DNA of 63,096 nucleotides, filler included, from Trichomonas gallinae (Eukaryota): the NCBI GenBank assembly GCA_008369845.1. It is 5 parts of 5 records of this genome, joined end to end, with 100 filler letters (N's around TTAATTAATTAA, not from the genome) between each part and the next. Parts side by side here need not be neighbours in the genome. Positions count along the whole stretch, not along the records: positions 41,807 to 51,191 come from MRSU01001489.1; positions 51,292 to 63,096 come from MRSU01001491.1; 3 more parts are not named here. One strand, written 5' to 3'. Below, in pieces: positions 44,863-54,906 of the stretch. Below the pieces are notes generated by a model. It did no database searches. It was not told where the DNA came from and worked only from the letters and a program-made list of their open reading frames with translations. A program made the position numbers and the translations under genes. Numbering within the stretch: the stretch's first letter is position 1; each line of letters starts with the position of its first letter.

Positions 44863-45621
44863 ATGGGAATTGCTGATATTTATTTTACCGTTAAAAAATG
44901 GGCAATTTTAGATTGGATTATTGCCGCAGTATTCCTCGGCGTTGGAATATATATCGAGCATGTTCCATTTTCCGATGATTTCGTTGCATATGTAAATTCC
45001 GATATCAATAATCCAAAAAGAACAGATACAGTGCCATACAGCCGCCTCTGCATCTTCACATTCGGCATTGGCGCACTTTTGACACTGTTCATTTGGGTCC
45101 TTCACCGTAGAGATTACACGATTTCTGCAATTCTTTCTTCATACTTCTTTTCAATTTCATTCACCGTCTTTGTTTCATCAACTCTCAAGCATTTAGTCGG
45201 AAGGCCACGTCCAGATACAATGCAAGTCTGTGGAGGAGACGGATCTTATCTTCAATGTTCAACTGTCCTCTCTGGAATCGATTTATACGAACAGTTCTAC
45301 TCTTTTCCATCAGGACATGCAGCTGAATCTATGGCAGCTGCCATTTTCATTACAAATCTTATAACAGAAATTTGGCCTTCCGGATCTATGTTCGCTGCCA
45401 TGCTCAAATTATCACCCATCATCTGGGCACTGTTTATCGGTGCCTCAAGAATCTGGGATCGCTGCCATCACGTTGATGATGTTATTGCCGGCTTCTTACT
45501 TGGCGGAATTATTGGTTTCTTTTCATTCCGCACATTTAAGATCGGCGTCGCCGTCGAGCAGAAGAAGGGTGGTGCCGCGCCAACTGATACTTCTGCTTCA
45601 CAGTTCTCTGCTTACGTTTGA
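44863..45621 (+). CDS. PAP2-family lipid phosphate phosphatase (DPP1/LPP-like)
   Basis: KHLVGRPRP, SFPSGH and SRIWDRCHHVDDV (C1-C3 motifs) with multiple TM helices; first ATG at 44863. Confidence 0.93.
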   Translation: MGIADIYFTVKKWAILDWIIAAVFLGVGIYIEHVPFSDDFVAYVNSDINNPKRTDTVPYSRLCIFTFGIGALLTLFIWVLHRRDYTISAILSSYFFSISFTVFVSSTLKHLVGRPRPDTMQVCGGDGSYLQCSTVLSGIDLYEQFYSFPSGHAAESMAAAIFITNLITEIWPSGSMFAAMLKLSPIIWALFIGASRIWDRCHHVDDVIAGFLLGGIIGFFSFRTFKIGVAVEQKKGGAAPTDTSASQFSAYV

Positions 45622-45707
45622 TTTCTTATTTATATAAAATATATCATAATTAGACATTTTTACTTCTGTTTTACTTTTTAACATCAACAACAACAAAATT
45701 AAATAAA

Positions 45708-46331
45708 TTAATTTGGACTCTGTCCAGTAAACTGAAGATTGTCCTCTGGATTATGCTTGCCGAGTTTCTTCATTATGTAGTTATATTTGAACCTGCACTG
45801 AACATCGCTTCTATTTCCAAGTTGTGTTGCAACTCTTGTCCAGGCCTTGTTTCCGACCTGTGCTACAATCTGAAGGAGGCGCTCTTCTTCCTCTGGGCTC
45901 CAATTTGCCTTTGAATTCTTTGGATTGAGAACACGATTAAATCTTTGGCTGCATTGAGCTTTTGTGCGGTTGTTTCCAACTTTGCTAGCAACTGCTCCCC
46001 AATTTGTGTTTCCATATTCTTGGACAGCTGCCAGAAGCAAGTTATCTTCTTCCTGTGTCCATCTGATGGATTTTGCACGAGAATTCAATGGCTTAGGATC
46101 AGTTGCGAATGCCAGGTTGTCCATGTAATGTGGTACAGCGTGGATATATTTGCTCAGTAGTCTCTGAAGAACTTCCTGGTTCGTGAATTGTGGCTTTAGT
46201 CTTTCGACAGCTTGTTCTGCTGAAATCTGATGGCTTTCGAGCATTGTGAGAGTATCAGCAACGATCTGCTGGTTTTCTGCAGACGGATTCACAAGATGCT
46301 GAGATATATCGCCGTATTCTTCTCCCTCCAT
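45708..46331 (-). CDS. R2R3-Myb transcription factor
   Basis: ATG 46331; RWTQEEDNLL...NWGAVA...RTKAQCSQRF and NWSPEEEERL...AWTRVA...RSDVQCRFKY. Confidence 0.92.
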   Translation of the reverse strand: MEGEEYGDISQHLVNPSAENQQIVADTLTMLESHQISAEQAVERLKPQFTNQEVLQRLLSKYIHAVPHYMDNLAFATDPKPLNSRAKSIRWTQEEDNLLLAAVQEYGNTNWGAVASKVGNNRTKAQCSQRFNRVLNPKNSKANWSPEEEERLLQIVAQVGNKAWTRVATQLGNRSDVQCRFKYNYIMKKLGKHNPEDNLQFTGQSPN

Positions 46332-46370
46332 TTTACAAAATGTAAAGCATAAACATTTCAATTCGCTCAC

Positions 46371-46481
46371 TTTTGGCGCCAAAAATTCAATACTTTACTC
46401 GACAAAAAGTGAGATTAATAAGGGTCTTGAAAAATAAACAGGGTCTTTTAATCAAGAATTTTTTGGCGCCAAAAAATTCTT
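46371..46481. promoter_or_regulatory. Two E2F-type palindromes TTTTGGCGCCAAAA upstream of the Myb gene
   Basis: 14-bp palindrome at 46371-46384 and a perfect 28-bp palindrome AAGAATTTTTTGGCGCCAAAAAATTCTT at 46454-46481. Confidence 0.6.
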
Positions 46482-46915
46482 CACTTTATATGCCACAACT
46501 TTTATTATCATTGATGCTCATAACTCACGATAACATTGACTCAGAAGATCAAATTAATATACTAGAATTCTGCAACATATATCTACAGAGAGCTACAGCA
46601 TCCTGATAATAATTCTATTTTGTTCTATTTTAAATTTGGAATAATATGAGAATCATGTCCAAAATGAGTGTAATAGTTGCTTTATACATGATGAAAATTG
46701 GTATCCACTTATTGATATGCGAAAAAATGTGATGATTTGAAAATTTGTCATGTAAAATTAATTTTGTCAAAAAATTATTAAAATTATGAGCAGATCAAGA
46801 TAGAGCTGCTGAGATCATGGAAAGCAAAAGTTCTTGAGCATTTATCCACAAAATAAACAAATAACAAAATTTATTCAAATATTCTATAACACAACAATAT
46901 AATAAAACAAAATAA

Positions 46916-49354
46916 CTACTTCCTCTTGAATGACGTCATTGGCCTTATAACATGTTTGAGAGGCGGAAGACTTAACCTTTTGGTTATCGAAATTGGTCCA
47001 CCAGACATTTTCATTGTCGAGTTTCTTGATTCCGGCCTCTTTGCTACCATTGCTGCCTTTAGTTCTCTCTCGTTCTTCTTTATCTCCATCTTCTTGCTCT
47101 CTTTCTCGTACTGCAACGACTGCAGCTTGTTCTGGAGGGGCAAGAGAGATTTCTTGTATTGACCTTCAGCGTTTGTCTTCTTATCATTAAACATTCCTTC
47201 AACTGTTGTTACGTCGGCTGCGGATTTCTTCATTACTCTGTCGACAGCAGCCTGATATGCTGCATTCATCTTTTCCGCTGCTTGCTGTGACTCCATTTCT
47301 TCCTGCTTCTGTATCATTTCAGCCATAGCAGCTCCTTCTTCGAATCTGTGCGCTGTCAACAATCTCTGGGCCATCTGTCGCATTTCTATCAATTTTGGTG
47401 AAGGTTTGTTGAACTTAGTCTGCATTTTATCAGAATTCCACTCTTCGTCGACTTTTTCGAGCTGTGCCTCTGTCTTTATATTGATTTCTTCCACTGCGAG
47501 TTGCTTCTCCGCATCTATGCTTTCTAGATTCCTCTGGTGCTCTTTAGACATTTTTTCCATCAGTTTGTTGATCTCCTCTATTTTGTTATCTAATGATTCG
47601 ACTTCTTCGCTCGCTTGTGTTTTTTCAAGCTCGTTTTTCTCGTCTTTGATTTTCTTCATTATGCCGTCGACATACATGCTTTCCTCTATATATCCTAAGC
47701 TCACACACTGCTCTAAGTATTTCTTTAGGTCGTTGTAAACTCTCGAAACAGTCGCCTCTTTGTATCCTAAGATTGAAATTCCGCATAGCGCCAAATAAGT
47801 CACGGACTCTTTAGGGTGAACTATTAGTTCTCTCAGGCGCTCTGGGATCCTTGAAGAGCCCTGCTCGCTGTCGTAGCCTTGAGAAACTCTAATGTCGTCG
47901 AGATATAAGTGAAAATCGACGTCGAGGCCTTCGATTTTTTGTGCTTTCGATTTTTTGGGTGAAGAACCTGTTGAATTGGATTTTGGAGGCCCATTCTTGT
48001 ATGTCTTCTGTGGAGCTTTGAGAGGCTTCTTGTGGCCAGATTTCGGTGTTACATTATTCTTAGATTTTTTAGATTTCTTTTCTTGTATCAAACTATCAGG
48101 TAAAATGTCGAATATTTGCGATGAGTTCCTTCTGCCTCCAGCGCTGTTAATGAGACGTGGAAGTTCTTCGCTTTCTTCAGTATTCATTTCTTCATCGAAC
48201 TTATCCTCATCATTAGATTCGCTGGACGCTACATTGACTTGTGTGGAGTAGTTATCTGGCATTTCTACCGAGAGATCTGAATTAGATTTTCTGGAAGATA
48301 AAGGACGCCTTTTTCTTCCATTTGGATCGTTTTCGATAGTGACTTCGTTGATTTTAGGATAATAGTTGGCGCATGATGCGTTTCTGAAGTCAAGATTCCA
48401 AGTTATAGCCGGATCTAAAGCGATTTGAGACATTCTGCGTTGTTTTGTTATTTCTGGATTATATCCAAGTTGCTTCCATCTTTCTTGGTTGAATTTATGC
48501 AATGATTTTAGGATTTCTCCTGTAAATGGAGCTTCTTTAGCATCTAATCTGATTTGTGATTCTTTTGGAAGTTCTTCGACTATAACAGGATCAGGATTAC
48601 CTTCCTGGGGGATAGCATGCGTTGATCCTTTAGGAATAAGTTGTCCATGAAGATTTTGGAATGATGGCTGTCTAACACTAAGCGTAATCGCCTGATTATC
48701 ATCATAGTCGTCATCTTCGTTGACTGGTTCTTCAGCGAACTTGTCTTCGTCTTCATTCTCTTCAGCATTCACTTCTACATATTGTGGCTTTGCATCTTCT
48801 TCAGCAATTATATCATCAACATTAGGAAGTGCCTTAGTTGAGCCTTTTAATATCATATTTCCATGCAGATTCGAATAAGAAGGCTGTCTAACACTAAGTG
48901 TAATTTGTCCCTCATTAGAATCATCATCATTTTTCTCGCCATCTTCTTGTAGATCATCCATGTCGACTGGGCTCGTTGATCCTTTCGGTATTAATGTCTT
49001 TAAATTAGAAAATGATGGTTGTCGAGCTCCTAATGTAATTTGGCCGCCGTCATCATCGTCATCTTCTTCTTCTTTGTTTAATTTGTTGAGTTTGTCTTGT
49101 AAAGGATTGCTATTATCGTTTTCATCAAATTGTTCTTTCGATTTTTTAAGAAGTCCGAGCATAGGATTGTCCTCATCATCATTCTCTTCTTTCTCTTCGT
49201 TCTTGTCTTCAGAAACTGAGTATGAATAAGAATAATCCTCTTCTCCCGACTCGAAATCATCGTTAAACTGCTCCTCTGGCTCACCGCCCGCGTTTTCTCC
49301 AGCAGTTGCACCGTTTTTCTTGTCGTCATCATCATCATTGAAGTCTGAACTCAT
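46916..49354 (-). CDS. Hypothetical 812-aa protein with acidic disordered N-terminus (three RQPS repeats) and coiled-coil C-terminus
   Basis: Long ORF; three copies of ITLxxRQPS(F/Y)xNL...KGST; C-terminal K/E-rich heptads. Confidence 0.85.
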   Translation of the reverse strand: MSSDFNDDDDDKKNGATAGENAGGEPEEQFNDDFESGEEDYSYSYSVSEDKNEEKEENDDEDNPMLGLLKKSKEQFDENDNSNPLQDKLNKLNKEEEDDDDDGGQITLGARQPSFSNLKTLIPKGSTSPVDMDDLQEDGEKNDDDSNEGQITLSVRQPSYSNLHGNMILKGSTKALPNVDDIIAEEDAKPQYVEVNAEENEDEDKFAEEPVNEDDDYDDNQAITLSVRQPSFQNLHGQLIPKGSTHAIPQEGNPDPVIVEELPKESQIRLDAKEAPFTGEILKSLHKFNQERWKQLGYNPEITKQRRMSQIALDPAITWNLDFRNASCANYYPKINEVTIENDPNGRKRRPLSSRKSNSDLSVEMPDNYSTQVNVASSESNDEDKFDEEMNTEESEELPRLINSAGGRRNSSQIFDILPDSLIQEKKSKKSKNNVTPKSGHKKPLKAPQKTYKNGPPKSNSTGSSPKKSKAQKIEGLDVDFHLYLDDIRVSQGYDSEQGSSRIPERLRELIVHPKESVTYLALCGISILGYKEATVSRVYNDLKKYLEQCVSLGYIEESMYVDGIMKKIKDEKNELEKTQASEEVESLDNKIEEINKLMEKMSKEHQRNLESIDAEKQLAVEEINIKTEAQLEKVDEEWNSDKMQTKFNKPSPKLIEMRQMAQRLLTAHRFEEGAAMAEMIQKQEEMESQQAAEKMNAAYQAAVDRVMKKSAADVTTVEGMFNDKKTNAEGQYKKSLLPLQNKLQSLQYEKESKKMEIKKNERELKAAMVAKRPESRNSTMKMSGGPISITKRLSLPPLKHVIRPMTSFKRK

Positions 49355-49475
49355 TAATTAAAAGAACGTTTTTTATTTACAAAAAAATTCTTTCGTTTTT
49401 TTGTATGATTTACAGTTTTTACACGTTTTTTCGTTTTTAGAATAGAAATGGTATGTTTTGATAATTTATTTCGTT

Positions 49476-49760
49476 TAGTAACAGTCTGTGGGCGCTAGAA
49501 AATTGCTTAACTTTCTTAAATAATGATATTTGTTGAATCAAATTGAATCATATTATGCACTATATAGCATTCTCTGTTTATACAATGTTAAGTAATAGTC
49601 TGTGGATTCTATAAAATTGTTTCATTTTGCATAACTCGTAATATTATTATGTTCAAAAGAATCATTATGAATTATATACCATTTTCTGTTTAAAAATAGA
49701 TAACAATATAAAGATACTAGAAATCACTGAACTTTTCATATATAAGGGTTTTGATTTCCT
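49476..49760. repeat. Degenerate intergenic tandem duplication, unit about 114 bp, 2 to 2.5 copies
   Basis: AGTCTGTGG at 49483 and 49597; GAATCA..TTATG.A.TATATA.CATT.TCTGTTTA recurs at about the same offset. Confidence 0.6.
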
Positions 49761-51113
49761 CGAATTGCATGAAAATGAATTATATGAGATCTTATGGCTG
49801 TAAATCGTTGATATACACGATAGCGATATTGACGAACAGTTTCATTTGATCATACATTCTTCAGTTAAAAATTTTCATGATAGGAACTGATTAATTTCCT
49901 TATGCCATTTAATTGATATGGCTCTATATTCACTGAAAAATCATGTCTGTATTCATAGTTCATCTCATTTACAAAAATATAAGATATTTTGAGAAAATAT
50001 TGTCAAAATGAATAGATCACTTAGGATAGATAACTCCATAAGTAATCTCATTTAGCAATGCATTACGAAGCTGATTAGAAAGAAATGGTTTCTTTTGAAC
50101 TATTAATGCATACTTCATGACTTTATTCTCTTACAGCTAGATCTATAACATTGTTATCAATAAAATATGCGTTGATAAAGAGTTATCATTAATGAAATCT
50201 ACTGAGAGTTGATTAATCGAATAAACCAAGTGAAACCAAGTGACTGAAGGTATCTTGCAAAATATAACAGTTTCTTTGAATTCTTAGTCAGATGAAAAAC
50301 AAGAGTTTTGAATGAGAAGATCATTAAAATAGCAATGAAGCTCCCTCGCTTTCAATATAGATCTTATATGCGAATAGCTGCTAAATATTGTTTCTATAAG
50401 CTGCAAAAACGATAAAGATTTCATTTTTTATTATGAAATTGATTTGATCTCAATAACGGAAGCATGAGCAGTTAAGGCCCTCTTGTTTTGTTAAAAATGC
50501 AATAAAAAGTTAGGCTTTGCGCTGCATTAGTTTCGATTGAGAAATCAGAATTGAGGCAAGGATTAGCATTTGTAAGCAATAGATACTTACTTTTTACTGA
50601 CGCGTATCGAATTTGCGTTAATAGCCGGCGTTTCTGCGAGACGTAAGCTCAAGGAAAAATTCGATTTAATTAGCTCGAAATATTTTAGATTTGGAATAAA
50701 TACAATAATATGAGCTTAAGAAATTAATTTAACACGATGCAAAATTTGAAGGAAAAATAATCGTTATGAGATCAAAAAAAAAAAAAATTGGCATGAAAAT
50801 TTTCTTTTAAAAATGGTATATATTCACTAAAGAACATTTTTTCTCCAAGCGAAAAATTTGGCGGGTTTTTTATTTTTCTTCTTTTAGATCAAAATAAGCG
50901 TTTTTACCGATGATATTATTTCTTTGCATAAAAATGGTCAGTTATCGATAAAGTGAACCGATGATGAAAATTTTTTCATTGTAATTAAGAATAAAAATGT
51001 GTAAGGAAGCTGTAGACAAAAGCCCGCCTTGACCGATGGATTGAGGGCTTTTTTCGGTTTTTGAAATTATTTGAGAGCTGTAAACTATTGAAAAAAATCG
51101 TTTAATATAATAA

Positions 51114-51191
51114 ATGTCTGAGGAAGCACCAAACTTTGTTCACGAGGAAGGACACGAGTGGAAGGAGGGTGAAAAGATCTATGTTATCGAT
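51114..51191 (+). CDS. 5' end of a gene truncated by gap, possible Tudor-knot/chromo-barrel start
   Basis: ATG 51114 gives MSEEAPNFVHEEGHEWKEGEKIYVID, open into the gap, with coding-like composition. Confidence 0.5.
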
Positions 51192-51291
51192 NNNNNNNNN
51201 NNNNNNNNNNNNNNNNNNNNNNNNNNNNNNNNNNNTTAATTAATTAANNNNNNNNNNNNNNNNNNNNNNNNNNNNNNNNNNNNNNNNNNNN
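51192..51291. other. Assembly gap with artificial linker
   Basis: N44-TTAATTAATTAA-N44. Confidence 0.99.
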
Positions 51292-51532
51292 CCAATCTTG
51301 TTCCATTCAATTATTCAAACGGTGTTCCTGCATTTGAACAAGTTTGAAAAATTGAATGGATCAAGATTTTTATATTTCATATATATTTACGTTTCAAAGA
51401 TAATTAAAATTAAACAAATTAAATTCGCTTTGAAAATAATATTTTATATTTTAATGATTATATGATTTTAATCATAATTACAAGTTTTAAATTTCTGAAA
51501 AAGTTCTGAAAAAATTAAAATCGTAATTCATA

Positions 51533-53041
51533 ATGTTTTTTGTTATTTTATCACTTGTTTCTTCTGTTATTAGATTCGATAGAGTGCAGAATCGATCACT
51601 CAAAACAGTATGCGACAAGTTCAAGGCAGAAAACTTCGGAATCTTTAATCAGTATCACTATAGAGATACAACTTATTTCAAATCTCCAAACGGATGCAAA
51701 CTTCCATCATATGATAGAGATACTGATAACAGAAGAGCATTATCGACTCTGAATTATATTCGTTGGCTTATAGGTTTTCAAAAACAAATTACTTTAGATC
51801 CATCGAAATACGATGAACAAGATGCTTGTTCCATAGTTATGTTGAAAAATAAAGTGTTGAATCATCGGCCGACCGCAAATTATCAATGTTATTCTCAGGC
51901 TGCATACAATGGTTGCAGTCAATCAAACATTGCATATACAAGCAATCCTGCCACATCGGCTGAGTTCGTTATTAATTGGGTAGATGATGAAATGGTTTCT
52001 TCTCTTGGACATAGACTTTGGGCGATTCATCCAGGCTTGAAAAAAACAGCATTCGGCGGTGCATCAAGTGGTGCTACGTATGGTGCAATGAGAACTGCCG
52101 ATGTTTTTGATGCTAGAAATGTGGAAGAAATTCCATTTATTGCTTTCCCTTCTCCTGGATTCATTCATTATGAGTATGCATTCAAATATTGGTCATTCCA
52201 AAAGTATGGATTGAAAAAACCACAAGTTGAAGTGAAGGTCGATGGAAGAGCAGTGCAAGTTTATTCTGATATTTTAAGTACTTGGTACAACCCATTATGC
52301 GTGAAGTTTACATTTGATGGAGCAACTAAGATTAAGGGAAAAACCGTATCAGTCAAAATCACGGATGGCTCAAACGTTTACACATATGAAGTTATAGGCC
52401 GTGACTGCAACTCAGAAATCACAGAACCATCCACAGGCGGAAACAATCCATCAACTGGTGGAAACAATCCATCAACTGGTGGAAACAATCCATCCACAGG
52501 TGGAAACAATCCATCAACTGGTGGAAACAATCCATCTACAGGCGAAAATAATCCATCTACAGGCGGAAACAATCCATCCACAGGCGAAAACAATCCATCA
52601 ACTGGTGAAAATAATCCATCCACAGGCGAAAATAATCCATCCACAGGTGAAAACAATCCATCCACAGGTGAAAACAATCCATCCACAGGTGAAAACAATC
52701 CATCCACAGGTGAAAATAATCCATCCACAGGCGGAAACAATCCATCAACTGGCGAAAACAATCCATCTACAGGCGAAAATAATCCATCTACAGGCGAAAA
52801 TAATCCATCCACAGGCGAAAATAATCCATCAACTGGTGGAAGTAATTCTTCTGGCGGAAATAATCAGGGAACTGGTACAGTTAATGAGTCTCAGAGCAAA
52901 GGCCTATCAACGGGGCAAATAGCTGGAATCGTAGCAGTAGTCTTAGTTGTAGTGATTGCAGCTGTTATTGCTGGCGTAATCTTATGGCAAAAACATAAGC
53001 AAACTGAGGAAACATCCTCCAATGGAGCTGCCGAGAAATAA
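51533..53041 (+). CDS. Type I surface protein: CAP/SCP-like domain, 7-aa repeat stalk, TM and short tail
   Basis: Signal MFFVILSLVSS; LNYIRWLIG, LNHRP, SNIAY and WVDD...SLGHRLWAIHP are CAP-like; PSTG(G/E)NN repeats; TM IAGIVAVVLVVVIAAVIAGVILW. Confidence 0.8.
   Translation: MFFVILSLVSSVIRFDRVQNRSLKTVCDKFKAENFGIFNQYHYRDTTYFKSPNGCKLPSYDRDTDNRRALSTLNYIRWLIGFQKQITLDPSKYDEQDACSIVMLKNKVLNHRPTANYQCYSQAAYNGCSQSNIAYTSNPATSAEFVINWVDDEMVSSLGHRLWAIHPGLKKTAFGGASSGATYGAMRTADVFDARNVEEIPFIAFPSPGFIHYEYAFKYWSFQKYGLKKPQVEVKVDGRAVQVYSDILSTWYNPLCVKFTFDGATKIKGKTVSVKITDGSNVYTYEVIGRDCNSEITEPSTGGNNPSTGGNNPSTGGNNPSTGGNNPSTGGNNPSTGENNPSTGGNNPSTGENNPSTGENNPSTGENNPSTGENNPSTGENNPSTGENNPSTGENNPSTGGNNPSTGENNPSTGENNPSTGENNPSTGENNPSTGGSNSSGGNNQGTGTVNESQSKGLSTGQIAGIVAVVLVVVIAAVIAGVILWQKHKQTEETSSNGAAEK
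52427..52840 (+). repeat. Coding 21-bp minisatellite, 19 full units plus one partial (PSTG[G/E]NN)
   Basis: CCATC(C/A/T)AC(A/T)GG(C/T)G(G/A)AAA(C/T)AAT in tandem. Confidence 0.97.
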
Positions 53042-53202
53042 ATAAGGTTAATTTCTTTCATTTTATGACAATGTAAATATTTTACATGTCAAAAATATTA
53101 AAAATCCAAAATTTTTAATAAAATAAAATTTATATATGCTTACAAATCTAAATTTTATATGAAATCGCGAAAACAGAAAATGGACGTTAAGAAATTTTAG
53201 AT

Positions 53203-54597
53203 ATGAGGCATCGTAATATACAGAAATACCGCACTCCTGTTTCAAGTGTTGGCGACAACTCTGTTATTATATCCAAGAAAGACTGGAAGAGGATGAAGAA
53301 GCAGGCAAAACACTATACTCCCGAAGAAAGAGAGGAAATTGAAATGAAAAAACAACGCAAGCAAGAAGAAAAGTTCAACAAGATATACAAAAACCGAGAA
53401 TCCATCGAAGAAAACGAAAGACTCAAAGCAGAAGCCATAAAACAGGAGAAAACGGAAAATCAAATCAAAAAGAACGAACAAGCTTTAGCTAAAGCCAGAT
53501 CAATACAAAACGAAGAGCTAGATGAAGTCAAAGCTATGAATACTGATGTTCTCGTTGCTCGCATTAAATCTCTCCAAGAAGCTCAAATCTTGGAGCGCCA
53601 AAAGCAAATGGAAGAGCAAAAGAAAATAGAGCAGCAGGAGAAACAAATACTTGAAGAACACAGACAAGAAGCCATTAGAATCTACGAAGATCGCGAAAAG
53701 AAAAGACTCGAGAATGAAAAGCTCCAAAGTTCGATGTTACTCAAGCAAATCGAAGAGCGCAAGAAGCAGCAGGAAGAGCAGAGGAAGCAGAGACAGAAGG
53801 AGATCGAAATGCAGCAGGAAGAATACAGGAGAGCTCGCGAAGAAGAAAGAAGAGAGCGCGAAGAAAGATATCGTCGTAATCAAGAGTTTTCCCGCCAATG
53901 CCAGGAAGCAAACATTCTTGCTATAAAGCGCAAGCAAGACGAGAAGAGGAGAGAAATGGAGGAAGAGCAGAGAATCATGGAGTTCAACAGACAAGAAGCA
54001 GAAAAAGCACGTCAAAAAGAATTGGAAAGAAAGAGAAGAATGGAAGAAAGAGAGAAAGAAATTGACGTGTTAAGACGCCAGCAGCAGAAGCAGATCGACG
54101 AAAACGAGGCACAGGACGAGCTGATGATGAGGAGAGTGCAGCACGAAAACGAGAGAAAGGCCAGAGACTACGAATTAAGCGAACAAGAAAAACGCCGTAA
54201 AATGCAGGAAGAAATGAGATTGGCTCGCGAAGAAGAAATCAGAATCAAGAAGCTAAGGATGCTTGAAGACGCTAAACGCGAAAAGGAAGAGTTCGAGAAA
54301 GCAATGGCCATAGCCAGGAAACAAGAAGAAGAAAGGAAGAGGAAATTGGAAGAAAAGAAGAGACGCGATGAAGAATATAGACAATATCTCGCAAATGAAA
54401 TTGGAGCAAGGATACAGGCAAGGAACTTGCAGCCACTCGTTGACTTGGATGAGCAGAAGTATATCGAAGACCAGAAGAGGGATTACATTGAGAATCTCAA
54501 GGCTGTTCGTGATGCGAAAGTTAAGATGCTTGAAGAAGAAGGAGTACCTGAGAAATACATCACTGATCTAAGGAATAGAAGATTCAACATCAAGTGA
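53203..54597 (+). CDS. CFAP45: CFAP45 (CCDC19)-like TPH-domain axonemal protein
   Basis: E/R/K/Q-rich coiled coil; NEELDEVKAMN...ARIKSLQEAQILE and C-terminal KVKMLEEEGVPEKYI. Confidence 0.72.
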   Translation: MRHRNIQKYRTPVSSVGDNSVIISKKDWKRMKKQAKHYTPEEREEIEMKKQRKQEEKFNKIYKNRESIEENERLKAEAIKQEKTENQIKKNEQALAKARSIQNEELDEVKAMNTDVLVARIKSLQEAQILERQKQMEEQKKIEQQEKQILEEHRQEAIRIYEDREKKRLENEKLQSSMLLKQIEERKKQQEEQRKQRQKEIEMQQEEYRRAREEERREREERYRRNQEFSRQCQEANILAIKRKQDEKRREMEEEQRIMEFNRQEAEKARQKELERKRRMEEREKEIDVLRRQQQKQIDENEAQDELMMRRVQHENERKARDYELSEQEKRRKMQEEMRLAREEEIRIKKLRMLEDAKREKEEFEKAMAIARKQEEERKRKLEEKKRRDEEYRQYLANEIGARIQARNLQPLVDLDEQKYIEDQKRDYIENLKAVRDAKVKMLEEEGVPEKYITDLRNRRFNIK

Positions 54598-54906
54598 GCT
54601 TAATATTATAATGTTGTTAACTTCAATGAAATTAGACTTTTTATTTTGTTTGTTGTAGGCATTGTTTGATTTCTAATTAATGTTGTTAAAGTTAATGATT
54701 TATCGTTTATAGTGACTATAGCCTTATTAAACAATTTTTCGTTTAAAATTGAAAAATTTGTTATGAAAATATAAAATATATACTTATATTATGTATAAAA
54801 CTATTTTGGTGTGATTTTTATAATAAAATTTAGGTCAATATGCATTGTTTTCCCATTATAAAAATTTTTGCGATTTTGATTTTATCTAATATTTTAGATT
54901 TATACG

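Noticed and set aside
49900..50650. Possible decayed minus-strand gene with a 10-bp AAACCAAGTG duplication
   Set aside because: No family signature; cannot be called without a homology search.
52378..52922. Repeat ORFs in other frames (VDGLFSP, IHPQVKT, WMDCFHL)
   Set aside because: Shadows of the stop-free 21-bp coding minisatellite.
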